From assembly GCF_036321535.1 (NCBI RefSeq), contig NC_087437.1, forward strand, positions 19,718,001-19,782,000: 64,000 nucleotides of DNA. The letters are read 5' to 3'. The position numbers and the translations under genes are program-made. Shown piece by piece: positions 62,940 to 64,000 of the stretch. Origin of the DNA: Camelus dromedarius. Lineage: Eukaryota. Every line of letters begins with the position of its first letter. Position 1 is the first letter of the stretch. The notes below the pieces were generated by a model. That model saw only the letters and a program-made list of their open reading frames with translations. It was not told where the DNA came from and ran no database searches.

Positions 62940-63371
62940 TAATTAATACAATTGTGAATAATGTTACTGAGTATTGGAATTATTGTCTCATTTTATCTGT
63001 GTCTTGATTTGTGAAACAGGGGTTGACCAAATGGAGGGAGTCAGAAAAGAGACTTTAACAGAGTGTCAGGGCCCAGAGGAGCCATGTTCCGTGGGGTCTG
63101 TAGACTGTCCCATCTCAGTGGTCATCACTGGATAATGGCAATGCCGAGTGTCTCTAAGAGCTGAGCTGTTTCCACGTGATTGCTGGGGCCTGGGAAGGGA
63201 GGGCGCTTGCTCGGCCAGAGCAGCCAAGGTTTCTCACCTTGCTCTTCCCTGACCTACGTTACCTTTCCCTTCTTCACTTTCCCATTCTGTCCCCTCTCCT
63301 TGTGCCTGGGAGACAGGAAAACCCACTCTATGAGTCTGCATCCCTCTCTGTCTTCCACGCTGATAAGACAG

Positions 63372-63406
63372 GCATGCACTCTACCACTGAGCTACACCCT
63401 CCCCCC
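63372..63406 (-). mobile_element. 5' head fragment of a vic-1-type tRNA-derived SINE
   Basis: Reverse strand GGGGGGAGGGTGTAGCTCAGTGGTAGAGTGCATGC (A box); the rest of the element is absent. Confidence 0.75.
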
Positions 63407-63409
63407 TTA

Positions 63410-63720
63410 AAATATCTTTTAAAATTCTTTCTTACACATTCCAACTTCTGCTGCAGTCTTCCATTTTTTCATTTTGTTCCTCTTTTCTTCTCTTTTCAAC
63501 ATGTTAATCACAATTACTTTCAAGTCCTTGTCTGCTAACTCAAATATTGGGAAATTAGGTGAGTCTATTTCTATGCTATTTCTTCCCTTGATTATTGGTC
63601 AAATTTTCTGGCCTCTTCCTATGCCCTGTAATTTTTTGTTGTATGCTGGTCATTGAATATAAAAACGCTGTAGAAGCTCTAATATTATTTTCAACCAGAG
63701 AGGGCTCCTTCTTCTTTGTG
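63410..63720 (-). mobile_element. Old L1M 5'-region fragment
   Basis: TTAATCACAATTACTTTCAAGTCCTTGTCTGCTAACTC.AATAT...TCTATTTCTA...GTAATTTTTTGTTGTATGCTGG.CATTG. Confidence 0.7.
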
Positions 63721-64000
63721 TTAGGGATGTAGGGTGAGAAAATGATGACTTCAATCTAATAAAATGTGCACACCCATGTTACACACCTACCAATGCTCAG
63801 CACCTCTTTGAGGTATCCAGAGTCAGGCAGTCTTCCTCACTGCAAGGATGAAGCTGCAGTTTCTCTTATACTTATTAATTAAACAAGTACCTTCATTAAT
63901 ATGCAGTCCTTTTGTTTATTCACATAATTAAAGACAAAGAGAGAGGTAGTCAATCAGTTGGAAGGTGGCTTCCGTAGTGTAAGCAGATGACTAATCTGGC

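Noticed and set aside
28768..63406. Three tRNA-like sequences as functional tRNA-Ala genes
   Set aside because: Disrupted stems and promoter boxes, A tails and TSD-like flanks, or truncation; they are SINE or retroposed copies.
1..64000. Inferring host-gene strand from L1/LTR orientation bias, or naming the gene
   Set aside because: Orientations are mixed and no exon was recognised.

Overview
This is mammalian nuclear DNA, most likely camelid (camel/alpaca lineage). The evidence is three tRNA-Ala(AGC)-derived vic-1-type SINE copies plus artiodactyl-type L1 3' ends. I found no credible protein-coding gene, rRNA, functional tRNA or CRISPR array. The listed ORFs are chance frames, microsatellite translations or L1 ORF2 remnants. 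The window reads as a long intron or intergenic interval. It is layered with ancient repeats (MIR, L2, L1M, hAT MERs, MaLR/ERVL LTRs), five younger L1 3'-end insertions, SINEs and microsatellites, separated by repeat-free AT-rich blocks that look regulatory. The most notable structures are: (i) a three-part inverted L1 insertion at 31.8-32.7 kb; (ii) a twin-primed L1 at 62.6-62.95 kb with junctions at the same GTTCATA motif; (iii) an (AAAAT)n array bracketed by a target-site duplication at a TT|AAAA site; (iv) several candidate cryptic, micro- or recursive exons. Repeat family names come from my recollection of consensus sequences, not from a search, and the boundaries of old repeats are approximate. 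The host gene, if any, could not be identified, and the sequence alone does not establish a new biological system.
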